A DNA stretch of 63,402 nt, filler included, from Folioceros fuciformis (Eukaryota), in the NCBI GenBank assembly GCA_049999805.1. It is 5 parts of 5 records of this genome, joined end to end, with 100 filler letters (N's around TTAATTAATTAA, not from the genome) between each part and the next. Parts side by side here need not be neighbours in the genome. Positions count along the whole stretch, not along the records: positions 61,651 to 63,402 come from JBNGIO010004221.1; 4 more parts are not named here. One strand, 5' to 3'. How positions within the stretch are numbered: the first letter of the stretch is position 1; each line of letters opens with the position of its first letter. Under the pieces are notes generated by a model. The model had not been told where the DNA came from, did no database searches, and saw nothing but the letters and a program-made list of their open reading frames with translations. Positions 61,651 to 63,402 of the stretch are shown in pieces. Made by a program: the position numbers and the translations under genes.

Positions 61651-63402
61651 GTATATAACTTAGTTTTAAAAGATCTTAATAAAAATAAACTAAGATAATA
61701 ATACTTTTAAAAGAATATTTTATTAAAAACTTAAACTATAGATATATACTAAACTTATATATAGTAAAGTAAGTATTAATATACTTAAAAAACTTTTAAA
61801 TAAAAGTATTTAGATTAATAATAAGCTATATAAACTAAAGCTTAAAAAATAAAGCTTTTATTAATAAGATAATCTAGCTAATATAGAAAAGGTTTACTTA
61901 TTCTAAAGTTATATATAGAACTTATACTATAGAGTATTATACTTCTAGCTAACCTAAAGCTATATATCTTAATAATATTAATTAAGAAGATACAAAATAG
62001 AAGAAATCTATAGAAAAAAAAAGTAAGAATAAAAAAATATACTATACTTATAGTAAATCTAAGTACTTTACTAGAAACTATAAGTTTAAGAATAAAATAA
62101 TATATTATATTAGTAGTATTAAAAGAAAAGAAGACTACTATATCTTTAACTAAATACTTAATATACTTTCTTAATATTATAAATCTAGAGTAAAGTAGTA
62201 TAGTAAGTTATTTATAAAGAAATAGTAGCTAGTTAATTCTATATATAAATAACGTAGAAATAGTTATATAACTTCCTTAGACTCTTATATATAAAAAAAG
62301 GCTTAGTAGTAGTTCTCTATATAAAATATATAAGAAATTCTTAGGCTTCTCTAAGTAAGAAAAGCGAGAAATATAAATATATAGTTATTATAAGTTAATA
62401 TTACTAGAATAGTATAATTAACTTAGTTATCTAACTTAGATACTATACTTAAAACTACTTAGTTATTTTAACTCTTATTTATTAAACCTACTCTATCTAT
62501 AAAACTTAACCTAAGTACTACNNNNNNNNNNGTATATAACTTAGTTTTAAAAGATCTTAATAAAAATAAACTAAGATAATAATACTTTTAAAAGAATATT
62601 TTATTAAAAACTTAAACTATAGATATATACTAAACTTATATATAGTAAAGTAAGTATTAATATACTTAAAAAACTTTTAAATAAAAGTATTTAGATTAAT
62701 AATAAGCTATATAAACTAAAGCTTAAAAAATAAAGCTTTTATTAATAAGATAATCTAGCTAATATAGAAAAGGTTTACTTATTCTAAAGTTATATATAGA
62801 ACTTATACTATAGAGTATTATACTTCTAGCTAACCTAAAGCTATATATCTTAATAATATTAATTAAGAAGATACAAAATAGAAGAAATCTATAGAAAAAA
62901 AAAGTAAGAATAAAAAAATATACTATACTTATAGTAAATCTAAGTACTTTACTAGAAACTATAAGTTTAAGAATAAAATAATATATTATATTAGTAGTAT
63001 TAAAAGAAAAGAAGACTACTATATCTTTAACTAAATACTTAATATACTTTCTTAATATTATAAATCTAGAGTAAAGTAGTATAGTAAGTTATTTATAAAG
63101 AAATAGTAGCTAGTTAATTCTATATATAAATAACGTAGAAATAGTTATATAACTTCCTTAGACTCTTATATATAAAAAAAGGCTTAGTAGTAGTTCTCTA
63201 TATAAAATATATAAGAAATTCTTAGGCTTCTCTAAGTAAGAAAAGCGAGAAATATAAATATATAGTTATTATAAGTTAATATTACTAGAATAGTATAATT
63301 AACTTAGTTATCTAACTTAGATACTATACTTAAAACTACTTAGTTATTTTAACTCTTATTTATTAAACCTACTCTATCTATAAAACTTAACCTAAGTACT
63401 AC
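61651..63402. repeat. Two apparently identical 871-bp AT-rich copies (61651-62521, 62532-63402) with a RIP-like composition
   Basis: Copies are separated by 10 N. Per copy I counted 0 TG, 1 CA and 2 CG; nearly every C is in CT and every G in AG. Confidence 0.85.

Noticed and set aside
62522-62531. Perfect tandem duplication of the 871-bp AT-rich unit as a satellite
   Set aside because: Identical copies across a 10-N gap most likely reflect a scaffolding artefact; only the composition is treated as informative.

Overview
Eukaryotic land-plant nuclear DNA, most consistent with a compact bryophyte genome. Hornwort is inferred from PLS-class PPR genes with a PGQSWW box, ~60-110 nt introns and tight gene packing. 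The window is five unrelated scaffolds joined by artificial N44-TTAATTAATTAA-N44 linkers (14321-14420, 36638-36737, 50417-50516, 61551-61650). Scaffold 1: NOL9/GRC3-like RNA kinase, an ARM+TPR gene, and a complete but dead Ty1/Copia element (LTRs, PBS, PPT, GTAAC TSD). Scaffold 2: a head-to-head pair of DYW-less PLS-E PPR genes, a His-rich membrane transporter-like gene, a spliced ABCC4/14-like transporter, an intronless class-3 lipase and an orphan CxxC/CaaX protein. Scaffold 3: LTR and pogo relics, an intronless 1616-aa ABCC1/2-like transporter, and a head-to-head FKBP15/MAPR4 pair. Scaffold 4: an FHA-domain gene and a sphinganine C4-hydroxylase (SBH). Scaffold 5: an 871-bp duplicated AT-rich sequence with a fungal RIP-like dinucleotide signature. 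The most striking observation is a 31-codon uORF in the inferred SBH leader that encodes a protein-level mimic of the SBH N-terminal hydrophobic segment. All exon structures were read by hand and need transcript confirmation.
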